Below are positions 49,230-61,455 of a DNA stretch of 64,000 nucleotides, in pieces. Origin of the DNA: Ramazzottius varieornatus (lineage: Eukaryota; Animalia; Tardigrada); the NCBI GenBank assembly GCA_001949185.1, contig BDGG01000003.1, forward strand, positions 438,679 to 502,678, read 5' to 3'. A program made the translations under genes and the position numbers. Under the pieces are notes generated by a model. The model was not told the origin of the DNA. It ran no database searches and saw nothing but the letters and a program-made list of their open reading frames with translations. Position 1 is the stretch's first letter; each line of letters begins with the position of its first letter.

Positions 49230-50966
49230 TGTCCTGTTGATGTTCGAGAGGGATTTCATCACAAGTGATGACTGGGGAAAACATTTGGCATTTTTCGAAC
49301 TCAGGGGAGCATCCAATGCTCCACTGAGTCCGTTTTTTCCGAGTCTGTTGGAAAATTTCTACACTCTCGAAAACAACTTCGGTTGAGCTCATCGCTGCTG
49401 GATTGTTTAGACCAAGATAATTTCTCCTCACAGCAGAAACAAGTCTAAAAATGATGGATCACAGAAACAGACATCGCGGTTGCGGTAAACGACCAAATAC
49501 ACCGGGAAACTCGAAAAGTCTCTTTTGGAAAAGGATTATGACTGACAGTCCCCACGGATCTGAGTTCTTTTGCCCGCATAAGTTAAAACAACCTGCTTTA
49601 CAAATAGACGATCAAGTTTTCAGATCTCAAGCTTGTGGTTTCTGATCTAGTTTTTTATGACAGGCCCTTTTGCCATCATCAGTAATTTCTTTCGTAAAAC
49701 GATGGTGAATTCTGTTTTCGGTAATTAGTACATTTACCTCTATTTACCTCTAACCCTCCTAGGAAAGTCGGAAATAAAATTAATTTCTTGCAACATCAAA
49801 AAAACAGTTCCGTTCCACTCAAATCAACACGCTCTTTCGAATGAGCCATACATGTTCAGGGACGAAAATGCTCCTGAAGCGAGATATCGCACATCACGTG
49901 CCCACAAACTCCAAATTCACCAAATCGTTTAAAAACATGCTACCTAGGACAACTTTTGACGCCGATTCCGATACGTATGCTAATGGTTTCATTTCCCTCT
50001 GTGAAATCTCTCGCATCTGAACTAGGGTCTTCTGGAGGGTTAGAGGTCAGATACCACAGCCTGCTTTGGTAGCTCTTTAGTTTCGCTCCTCGAGCAAGGA
50101 AACGTACTGCATATGAAATAACTAAAAACATGGCAGACAGTTAGTACAGCTCGTAAAAGAATTGCTATTGTGCTACCAAATTATCGCGCACTCAACCACT
50201 TGATCAGTAAATGATGCCCGGGTGAACGCCAGCGAGGCTAAACTGATAACATCTGATCACACTGGGCAGCGATGACTCACCACGTGGTTCAGTGCGCGAT
50301 AATTTGGTAGCACTTCAGTGGAATTGTTCGCATGAAAACTGAATCTTTTGTCGAAGCCTACGTGGAAAGGATCATCTTGGCTGTAACAGACCGTACACTT
50401 GTGACTGTTATCGGTAGGTCGTCCTTCCGTAGAGAACGCGTGACACTGATGTAGAATATTCGCGAAACATCGCAGCCAACAGGCGCCCGAATAAATCGCA
50501 TCAAATACTGTAGATCGACGACCCGAATCGATGATCGAAGCCAGGGTGTGGATACAAAGAGGCTCTGTAGACCTATGTAAGGTCGATGTGGCGAGGTAAA
50601 GCGTGCATGGATGGCTCTCCAAGGACCATCCAAGCACGGCTCTCTTCGCGAACAGTCGGACATACACTGACGAAGAATTTCAGGACTCATGAGAAAATCA
50701 CCAATCAGTGCGCGGTTCGGAGGTTCCACACAACCGCATCGCAGTAATTGCATCCACCAAGCAGGGATGCAAGACAATACGCGGTGCTCTGCAAGACGGT
50801 GACCACCTCTATTATCAAACGAATGCCCCCTCTCACATGAGTGTATTCCCTCGGAAGCCTGTCACGTGCTGCGCGAAACTTTCGAGGGAACACAGCTTTT
50901 TCACTCCGACCCACTCGATTTTTTACGCTCGGCGGCCCGGCTAACTGCAGTCTGCAGCTCGCTAGT

Positions 50967-52444
50967 TTACCGTAAAGCAGGCACTAAGCATTGGACATTC
51001 CGCCATGACTTGCAGGTCTCTGCGCTATTGTTCAGGTGATGTATATCCATGTGCAAGGGCTGCAAAGTTGATATTTTCGGATGCAATAAATTGCTTTTAT
51101 TTTTATTCATTTTGCTCGCGTTGTTCACGTAATTTTCTAAGATGAAACTGCTCAACCCGGTTAACAGGGAAAGAATGGACAGGCGGTTGTATGCCGCGTC
51201 TGAGCAAGTCGCGCTGCCATTGACCCATGGCAGCTTTGCTGGACACCGCAGGTTCGTTGAAGAGGGCCGAGTCGACGTGTTTGACGTTGACCACTTCCTC
51301 CGAGTTGAGATAGACCCAGCGCACACAGTTCATCAAGTTGTCCAGGTTTCCTATTCGGCTGGACCGGCTGAAGTTTAGCCATTTAAGTATGGCTTTGTAT
51401 ACGTCCAGTTCCGACTGTCAACAGGAAAGTAACCGTGAGTTCGACATTTCTAGTGTGAACGTCGAGAGACTGTGCTGAATTTCATGAACGTACGTCAACG
51501 GCTAAGACATCAGAAGCAAGAAACACGGCCAGTTTCTCGGCCGACCCTGAAATATACAAATAAATTAGACAACGCGGAGCACCAGATAAGTTGAAATAGA
51601 AACGGAGAACAGGCGAAACGATACGAAAAACCACAAATTACTCACAGCGAAGAAATTCATCTGCGGAAGTAGTGGAGTAAAAATTAAGGTTCGATCTGCG
51701 AAAAGAAAACGGCAATCTGATAAACCGCGCTTCTCCAGCCCGGTACTTGAAGTTACTGTATTCCCCCGATATCTTCGCGAACTCCGTTACTCGTGGCGCT
51801 ACCTACAGGACGTACGTCATCCATACATACGCGCCTATCCGCCGTACATCATGTATGTTTCGTAGGTGGCGCCATGGGTATCAGCCTTCGCGGAGATATC
51901 GGGGGAATACAGTAAATACGACCGAAGGACGTACTTGGTAGGACCAACAGACTTCTCCGAGTGACCGTCCGATAGCGATAATATCCGGGATTCTGAACGA
52001 GCCGCATGGGCAGGAATATGAACAGGGACATCAGAGGCCAGTTTCTGACATATTTTTATTAGGTGGGGTATTTTTAAACTTTCGGCAACCTATGTGAAGC
52101 AACCAGGAAGTTGGCAAACAAATCCCTTCAGCTCAACGATATTTAGAGCCTTACAGTGAGTATTCTGTCGAGGTTATCCTTGATATTACACCGCATGTTG
52201 CCCGTGTACATCCAGGCAGCTACCATTTCAATGGCCGGTGTTTCCAGTCCGCGACTACCGAGATCCACGCTGATCTTCCCGCTCTTCCACAACGAACTCG
52301 ATTCCAGCCGATTCTGAAGGTCTTGACTAAAGGTTACCAGGACGGCTTTATGGGCATATAACCGGCCACTTTCGGTGGACAACCTGACGTCGCAATGCCG
52401 CTTCCGCTGTCGAAATAAATTTAAGGACCGCGCTGTTTGCGTAT
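50967..52444 (-). CDS. BTB/POZ-BACK domain protein (ends uncertain)
   Basis: BTB: HCDVRL..LYAHKAVLVTFS..AWMYTG, VAESLKIPHLIKIC. BACK: EFLR..LASDVLAVDSELDVYKAILKWL..LMNCVRW. No kelch repeats recognised. Confidence 0.8.
51756..51912. mobile_element. TA-flanked MITE in a BTB gene intron
   Basis: TA-CTGTATTCCCCCGATATC...GATATCGGGGGAATACAG-TA; nearly fully palindromic. Confidence 0.88.
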
Positions 52445-52651
52445 CTGTAAATTAGACCACGATCATAATTATCACTGTACCTCCGAAAATCATATTTCTC
52501 TACGTAGGACATGCTGTACGAGAATGCTAGCTGTGTTGTTCCTTTTGACTCTTGACGAACACCAGCATACAAATATGGAGCAGGAGAAAGTTTTCTACGA
52601 GTTTTGCTAGCTGTGGAGAACGATGGCACGGTTCGGCCTGAATTCTGAGTA

Positions 52652-53036
52652 CGAGGTAAACGACATAATTCGGGCATATCGATTTTCGCACCATAATTCG
52701 GGCGACGCGAAAAGTTCGAAGATTATCATCAACGCTTGATTTATCTCTCGTCCTACGCCTGTTGATACAACATTAAGCTTTTTAACATTGGACAGACCCA
52801 TCTCTCATCCAGGCCAAAGTCCCGTAACCACAACGCTTTTTCGTCCTCAAACCTATTGAAACCTCAAGGAGAGGGATGAATCTACCTCAGGAAACAAGAA
52901 ACANNNNNNNNNNNNNNNNNNNNNNNNNNNNNNNNNNNNNNNNNNNNNNNNNNATTACGCGCAACTGGGGCTGATAAAAAATATGCGCGGATCATGGTGC
53001 GAAAACCGCTATGCCCGAATTATGTCGTTTACCTCG
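52652..53036. mobile_element. Tc1/mariner-type element spanning the second assembly gap
   Basis: TA TSD; ~42-bp TIR CGAGGTAAACGACATAATTCGGGCATA..TTTTCGCACCAT. Confidence 0.85.
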
Positions 53037-53056
53037 TAAATGGAAAGCAACTTACA

Positions 53057-53611
53057 ATGATCTTCGGAGGCGACTTCCTCTACCCACAACAAGTTCCGTA
53101 TTTGTTCAACAGATAAAGGTCCTTGTTGGAAGAATCGATTGTTGCTCCGCTGCTTGGGTACCGGTAACCTGGGTGGTCGCGGTTGTCGGTGTGCTTTGTA
53201 CCTCGCGCTAAGTTGGTTAGTATCAAGGAAACGAAGGGAAGTGGCGTCAGTATCACGGCTTTGTAAATCTGCTTGGTCTTCGTCGCCCGATCCGCGGTGA
53301 CTACTCCTAATCAGGCTTTTCCTTCTAGTCTTTTGTGGTCCTGTCCGCACAACGCGACTTTCCTGGCTGGGTTGAAGTTGCGGTGGGCGCAGTGAACCAG
53401 CAGTACGATAAGTATGACGGGAAGGCACAGAAGGGTTGTCGGACTCGTCAGAACTGGTGGATGACTTGTGACGCTGTTGGTGTTGATGTTGCGAAGGACG
53501 GGAAGTGGCGCCTTTGGCAGGGGTGGCTTCTTGAGTGGAACTGCTGGAAGACTTGCTAACACGGAGATTGCTCATCCATCGATCAAAGAGAGACATGGCT
53601 ACATTTACCAA
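53057..53611 (-). CDS. Ser/Arg/Gln-rich disordered exon, probable 5' part of the BTB-BACK gene
   Basis: ~185-codon open frame ending at a GTAAGT donor; linkage to the BTB exon is not fully resolved. Confidence 0.5.
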
Positions 53612-53907
53612 TTGTGTGTAGTACAGATGACGAGTGCATGTTTGCCTAACTCCAACGCCATCGATACGCCATCTTTATCACCCATCGTTGCGTAGTTACA
53701 GTCCACCCCACAAATTTTAATGCTCCTTCGCGCACCCCAAAACATTCCCAATCATCAACTCACGAACAACTTCCACACATAAATTAGCCGCGCAATATGA
53801 CTTAACTAGAGTAAAGAAAGCGTGTCAAAAGCATGGAAGATAGAATTTACGAACCAGATACGTCAACTTGATCTCAAAATAAAGTAACTTTAAGTCTCTT
53901 GGTGTTA

Positions 53908-55735
53908 TCACGACCAGTCGTTCTCGCGAGGGACACTCGGTGGTCGTCTCGTCTGTGTAATCTGAGGCCGAGGTACGCTACGAGAGTACTCGTCATCACT
54001 CAGTTCGAGAGATGAGTCAGCTGTGAGGACCCGTCGGGCGTCTTCGTCACCTTCTTGACAAGGCAGGAGAAATATCGCCGGGATATTCTTGTCGTCTGCC
54101 CCAGGATGCAACTCGTGCGACTCACCTGTAAGCAAAACGAAAACGTTACTCAAAAGCCTTGTCAGTTCCAAATCTCAATATGTAGGACAACGGCAAATGA
54201 TTTCGCCCAGATTCTTATTTCAAGTGACGCATATTTTCATTGTCGTTGGCTGATAGCGTACACCGCTTGGGAAAATTGCTCTGGTTGAAATCATTTAGCC
54301 ACACCCACATTTCATCTTTCGTACGCTTCCGGAAGCAAACCCTTCTGAAGGTTTCGAAATCGACAAAAAAGAAATATTTCACCAGGTTGGAGAGCGGCCA
54401 ACGCAGCGATGAGACGTGAGTCAATCACAGGTTCCTCTTCCCGAACAGGTTCCCAACCGACCGGAGGCGAAGCGGGTGGCGAAATGAGGAATTGCTTCTC
54501 CATGGGAGGTAGTTCGAGTAAATCTGCATTCTTTCTGCCCAGAAGTAAGTCCTGCAAAACAACAGAAGAAATCTTCCTACATCCCTGAACACAAAGATGC
54601 TAGACTACAGATGCTAGATAACAAAGAACGTTTATCGAGTTTCAGATTGTGCGTTTTCCTCGGTAATACCATGCCTCAACAGCGGAGCAAAAGGAGTTAG
54701 AGGACCATCGAGTTCCGTAACATGAACAGGTCATCATTAGCCGTTTTTACCATATTGCTTGCCAGATTTTCCGCAGTGATACACAGCGTGATCCTGATTT
54801 GGTTTGCATTTTATGTGGGGGGTATTTGAATGTCATACGGTCCTCGTTTTGTTCGGATGTTTCTCTGAACCAGCGTCGAATATGGTTGTGACAAAGTGCA
54901 ATAACAGCGTCAAGCTTATCGCAAGAGGTCGCAAGGGGTGAAGATAGCACTTGGTGTCATAAAGATAATTCAAGTTCAATTAGAACGAAAGAAATCGATT
55001 CGCCGACGGAATAACGTCAAAGCGAGCTTCCTTTGACGTCAGGCGCTCGGAAACAGCCAGATACATTATACCAGAGATAGTGGCAGTCTATTGTGAAGGG
55101 CACAATGTGGGCACTTACGCGGAAGAAGTAGCACTCTAACAGACGCTGGCCGAAACCCAAGCCGTGCAGCGATCGCTTCGCTTCGACTGCTGTTCCTATA
55201 CTGTCTAAGTCCACTCGAGCACGCGAGAAGCTCTTGAAGTAGTAGATTCTTGCGTTGGCATCGAAGGAGCGGATCAAGTGCTCAAACATATCCTGGAAGA
55301 GCAACAAACAATGGAAGTTGATCAAAGTTCATTATTCGATTTCAGTCAAGTCAACCCAATCAACTGCCGCAACCGCACCATAACGGTGTAACCGCCGAAA
55401 CCATTTTGCTGTTTCGCATACTATAAATATAACCGTATCGGCACAGCTCCACACCGCGCTTTCGAAGTGCTCCAGCTGGGCAATGGAGGTTTGAGACAAG
55501 ATTCGAAATGAATTTTCACATTAATTTCCAACTGAATTCTTACCATCGTTTCTCGGTCACAAAAGACAGCTTGATCCATATTGGTCACCAGGATGGAACT
55601 AGTCGGAATTTCTCCGCTGGATAAACATGTTTCGTGCGAATCCGTAGACATCTGGGATGGCACACGGGGAGCGCGATTATCCTGATAGTGTTCCTGCTGG
55701 TCCTCGCCCCCATCTCCCAGCCCGTCCATCTTCAT
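53908..55735 (-). CDS. RCAN: Calcipressin / regulator of calcineurin, 4 coding exons
   Basis: RRM (SILVTNM, YFKSFSRARV), hallmark KQFLISPPASPPVGWEP, and C-terminal PRPQITQTRRPP. Confidence 0.95.
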
Positions 55736-56963
55736 CACGATATCTAAATGCAGGGAAGATAACTAGACCTTCCAGGAAATTATAAAGGAGCAGTCAAAGA
55801 AGAGCAGAGAACAAAATACATCCTTGAAGACCGAAGAAATGAATGACCGAAAATCCGCTGGAATACAAACTTTCATAAACCATCCGCTTGACTGATTGAC
55901 GTCAGACATTGACCACGTACAACGTACGTACGGATCGACGTACTGTACGTCCGTCCCGCAGAACTGCCCTTCAAGCTTCGCTTTGACAGAGTGATACACG
56001 TGCAGAATGTACTAAAATTCTGATGGAAAATCACGAGGAGAGTTGGATGACGTAGGATTTCTCCACTGGGATTGGATAATGTAACTCCGCCCAAATAGAG
56101 ATAAAGGTGACGTCTAGGTCACGTGCTGTAGCCGCGTATCTTGTACACGTGACTTGTGACGTCGTACGCAGCATCGGTGGGTAACAGCACTTGCATGTGT
56201 GAAAATGACAAGATTGAAAAGGAAACCTGTCCGAATAGATGTCTGATTGGTTTGGTGGAAGTATGCCAAATCAGACAGTGTGTGTAGGATCGTGGTCTAA
56301 AGTGTTATTCGAGTACAGTTTGTAACACGCAATTAACTTTACTACTGTATTAATTATTCTACCGGCTTGCAGTGGCCGCAAATGGTTTTTCCTTTGAGCA
56401 AAAAGATAGCCCTCGAAATCTAACATTTAAACGGAACAACGGATCCGGCAGAAAGTTGCTTGACAGAGTGGGAAGAAAAGTCAAAGCTGCGTCAGTTCAC
56501 TGAGAGCAATGCTGAACACTAGCTAGAACAAACTTGCTGCTTTCTCCACTGGTAAAAAACCTTATAGCCTGCCAAACCCAACTCTCCGCGTGATTGTGTC
56601 ATGCTATTCAATGCTATAAAGCCTGGCATGGCAAACAGCTTCGGCACGTGTATCACTCTGGCTGTGACCTACTTCCACAATGCTTCGCTGCCGTCATCTG
56701 CAACTCCGCAATCTTGTACTTACTGGCACGCTTGTGTTGAATTCTCTTCTCCCAGTGGGACGATTTCTTGCTCCCAGCTGTGATATGTTCCACCGGATGG
56801 TTTCGTGCTCGTTGATCCGGAGTGACCGATGGGTGAGGTAGGAGGAAATGTTGTCTGTATGAGTGTTGCAGGTGAACGGAACTGGGAAAGCAAGCCTGAA
56901 CTGCGGAGGTGATTTAGGACCAATCAACGGACCAGGGGCCAATCAGCCGAAAAGTCCTTGAGG

Positions 56964-59900
56964 ATGCCACCTAAACGCTCGGTTTCGACCTCTGTGTCTC
57001 GCCACGTGTCCTCTTCTCCTGAGCCCCAAAGCAGCCAGACCTCTACTCCAAAAGCCCGTCGTAAACGGCAACGGAAATCGACGCAAAGTGAAGAAAGGGA
57101 GCCGAACGATGCCGTGAACGGCGAAGCCAACCCTCCCGCCAACGCCGAGCTGATTAAGGAAGCAGAGGAGATTCTCAAGGAGCTGGCAAAGTCGGTCTTC
57201 TCCGATGACGAAGAACAAGGACGAAAGAAGTTAGTGGAGACGCTGAAAAGATTGAAGAAGAGGTATGAATCGCGGAAACAGCACAAAAAACTTGTTGAAA
57301 AAACAAACAAGTCCGTCAGTTCCATTTCCACTTTTAACCCTTTTGACTCCGCCTTCCATGTGGAACCACTGTCCAGTAGCATGGCCCACAATGTGGATTC
57401 CACCCTGGATGCCAACGGAATTCCACTGGAAGCCACGCCAGTTGAAATGGTGGAACTGCCCAACTACCATTGTCCCTGGCTGAAACCCATTGCTCCTTCT
57501 TCCTCCGACGTAGGGGAAGCCTTACCGGAAATGGACTTCATCCCTCAGACCTTCCTGGCCTCCAGAATAGTCAACTCGAAAGCCTTCGGTCCAGCCAAAG
57601 AGATGCCGGTGGTGGAGAAGTTGCCCGTGTATTTTGCTTGGTCGCCCTTACCCCGCAACGAAGTGGCCGAAGTTGAGAAGGTCTTTTCCTCTGTTCCCGC
57701 GCTGGAGTTCATCAAGGATAATGACTCCAAATGGCTGAAAGACTATGCCAAAGGGTTTCCAGTTGAAGGCGTCGATCTGCGAAGAATGAAGACTCTGCTC
57801 TTAACACCGCGCTGGATAATCACGGTAGTGGAGAGGCTCAACGAGAAGCTGCGCAAGAGTTTAGCGTCCGAAGAAAGCTCGAATGGATCAGAGATCTCCG
57901 AAAAGGTGTTCGAAGCCATCAGTGAAGCGTATGGCATGCAGATGGAAACTCCAGCGGGAATACAGCAGCGGTATCTGAAGGCCATTGGACAGCCCACACA
58001 GAACTTCCTGTCGTATTCGAACAATACGAATGGAAAAGCCGTACCGTCTGTTACCAGGTTCCTTGATTCGTGTACTAGGCTGTTGTGTAATCGTTGTTTC
58101 AGATATGACTGCTTGGAACATCCATTTCGCACAACCAGGTAATAAAAACTAATTTGAGCCTTGGAGAAAACTTTCGAACTGGAAACGGTACTCAAACCGA
58201 ACTCGGGTAATTTGTCAGTGAGAGAAACGGATGTGGACTGACCCTTTTCTTGTTTCAGAACGCCACAGGTCTTTCCCATGACGCCTCCAGAAGCTGCCGA
58301 CAAGCCTTGTGGGGAACACTGCCACCTCCAGAAGAAGACCGAGAAGCGGAATGCACGTCCGCTGTCGACATACGACCAAGTCATCCTGAAGACCTTCATG
58401 ACGGAAGGTGATGAAGACCCAGGTCGGCAAACTTACTGCGACATGGCGTTGTGCATCAACCGACGCTGTGATGACACGCACAGGCTCATCCAGCAGCTGC
58501 TTGAGCAACCGGAGGAGGCGGAAGAGGTGGAGGAGTCCAGCAACAATACCCGTCCGGGTCGTCGAAGGGGACAGAGGAAGGTCTCCAGGATCGGTGGAGC
58601 CGCGGCGGTGAAAGCCATGAGGAAGGACTTGAAGGATGAAGGAGCGGTGAAACAGTATCAGTATATACCGTGCCAACATGGCGGTGGCACACATTGCAAC
58701 CAAAGAGACCATAAAGATGTACGAACATATCTATAATATTATCCAAAATAAGACAGACCAAAATTCAAAACAGATGACTAAAATCGGGAAAAAATATGGA
58801 ATACAATTTAGAAAGTCCAAACACACAAAAGTTATCGAACACCTCGAACGAAGATTGCAGAGGCTGAGAATTCGGAAATGGAGAATTAGTCGAATCCTTT
58901 GGGATTTGACTTCCGGCTGAAATTTCCGAACTGAGATTTGGTCCAAAGTGTAATTGACAGTATTTCTTGATCATTGTAGGTTTGTAGTTGTGTGGATAGA
59001 GGAACATTCTGCGAGCGTTTCTGTGACTGTGATGCAAAGTGTGAGAATCGTTTTCCGGGCTGCAAGTGTACGGGAGACTGCCGGGGGAAACGCTGCCCGT
59101 GTTTCGTCGCCAGACGAGAATGTGATCCCGAGCTGTGCAAGTGCGCTTTCGAAAGCTCCAAGGACCGATGCCAGTGTAAGAACACTCCGATCCTGTTCAA
59201 CGCCAAGCGCAAAGTCAAGTGCGGACCTTCCGACGTCCATGGTTGGGGTAAGTAAACTTTAACAATAATTGGGAGCTCGACAAAATTGCTTTTCAAAGTG
59301 GCGTATTTGTTCGTTGTATTGGCTGGGAGCTTGCGCCACTTGAGAGCGTTCTGTTGAATTTGTTACAAAAGCAGATGATGAGTTGTGCAGGGGTATTGAA
59401 ACTGGCTGAAGATGTTCGCCAGCACGGAGCTTGTCTCATTTCGCTGTTGAGATGGACGGTTTCGTGGAGAACGCACATTCTGATGCCTTCGAATGAAATT
59501 TTGGAATATTTTTATGGTTTTTATACCCGGATATTTGAGGGGCATGTTTTCAGGGGCCTTCATCATGGAGGATACCAAGGCTGGGGACTTTATCTGTGAG
59601 TATACGGGTGAAGTCATCACGCAGGAGGAAGCTGAGCGGCGTGGACGACTGTACGACAAGATCAAAGTCAGCTACCTCTTCGACCTCAACCTGGAGTACG
59701 TCGTGGATGCCGCGAGGAAAGGCAATAAGATCCGCTACGCCAACCACTCCAGCAAGAATCCCAACTGTGTACCGGAGATCTATCGAGTTCAGGGGGATAA
59801 TAGAATCGGCATCTTCGCGAAACGTGACATGAAAGCCGGCGAGGAGGTAAGACAGCACAAACGGAGAGTTTACAGCAGAATATTCCTTGTATTTTCTTCC

Positions 59901-60766
59901 ATCTTTTTCAGCTCTTCTTCGACTACAGTTACACAGCCGAAGCTCTCAAGTTCGTCCAGATCGAGCCTTCAGCCAAGCCCGCAAGTCGCCTCAACGTTTT
60001 CGATCCACGCGAAGAAAGCAAAGCCCAAAATGCCGATCCGCGCTTCCAACGCCAAACAGTTCCTTCCACCAGTCTCCCTCTCAGTCCGTCCAAAGAGAGG
60101 CCAACGCTGACACTCAAGGAAACTTTCCTCAAAATCCTCGCCACCAAAGCTTCCATGTCCTTCGGCGATGACGAGAAGGAAGTGTCGCAGCGGCAACTGG
60201 AAGTCATTCTGAAAGACGTTGACCTCGTGGAACCGCTGGTGCTGAAAGCTTTTAAAGGCGGCCAGGTAATTATCGCGTTCGAAGTTCTCTTCGTAAGGCG
60301 TTCAAATAATTTCAACAATCGAATTCGTCAAAAATATTATCCCAGAAGTGCGGCAACGTCCATTTATTACGTAAGACACGGGCTTCTTGGCTGAGAGTGT
60401 GCGCGGCATGAAACGGTGATTTGCCGTCTTTTAAATGATTTTCAGGGTTGATTTGAAGGCTAAATGCAGGTCATCGTTCAATAAGTTGGTCCATCTGATT
60501 CTCAGGCTGTCAGTGGTGGCGGTGGTGTCGATGGAGTGTACAGGGAGAAATTCGGGAAGTTCGGAGATAGATGCCCGAAAGGGTTCGAAGGTGGTAAGGA
60601 TGTGTGGGCGCAGATGAGCGAGCTGGCCAACATAGCCGAACAGTTGGCGGTTAAAGAGAGCAGAGAAGTGGTGGTGAATGGGAATGGGATGGAGAATGGG
60701 CGGGTTAACGGGGAAAAGAAGAAGGGAAGTGTCAAGAAGGAGCCGATGGTTAACGGACGACGGTAA
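56964..60766 (+). CDS. E(z): Enhancer of zeste-family H3K27 methyltransferase (CXC-SET) with C-terminal extension; 6 exons
   Basis: [31 protein letters not shown] ([31 protein letters not shown]), SET ([46 protein letters not shown]). Confidence 0.92.
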
Positions 60767-61455
60767 AGGACGTTAGTGAATTTTCTTTGACTTAGTGCTT
60801 TTTTTGTGGGCGCGGTGCCTGACAATGGTTTTTCACAACGTTTTTTGTATCCGGATGGTTTTGACACCGTTAAAGTATTTTCGAATGGTGATTGTTAGTA
60901 TTCTTTTGTACTGTCAATGTAGACGGATAACCCAGCTTTTCTTGGGGTTATTTATTTATAAATGGTGTCCCTCGTCTTTTTCCAGAGGGACGTTTATACG
61001 TTGTACCGGACTTGTAATAATACGGTCGTACCTCGTAATTCAAGTAAGAAAACTATACTCCTCAAATTCTTCTGGCATTCGGGCAGGTGGGCTTTGAGGT
61101 TGAATAGCAACAGCAGTCACGATCAATCCAGCGCGGATGCATTCACTGTTTTCTACGTTTGATTGAACAGATATCAGGAAAGTGTCCCACGGACCAGAGA
61201 AAATTGCCTCGGTCGAACGAAGATAAAAGTGACAGCAGTGGCTTAAGCTTGTACAAATCAAACATTTAGCATAGGATGACGATAGTTTCCTTTGCGAGCT
61301 GTTTTATAGCAATGCTTTGAGCTGATTGCTACAGGGATGGATCCGACGAACGAATCGCGGACTTGTGCAGGGAAAGCAGTGCGTTTTGACTGAGGTTTGC
61401 CTAATTTTGGAACCGCGGTCAGGCTCCATGAGAGCTCGAAGACGGGCTTACAGCG

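Noticed and set aside
50257-50914. Minus-strand ORFs as kelch-repeat exons of the BTB gene
   Set aside because: No GG..Y..W kelch pattern, and they could not be spliced convincingly.
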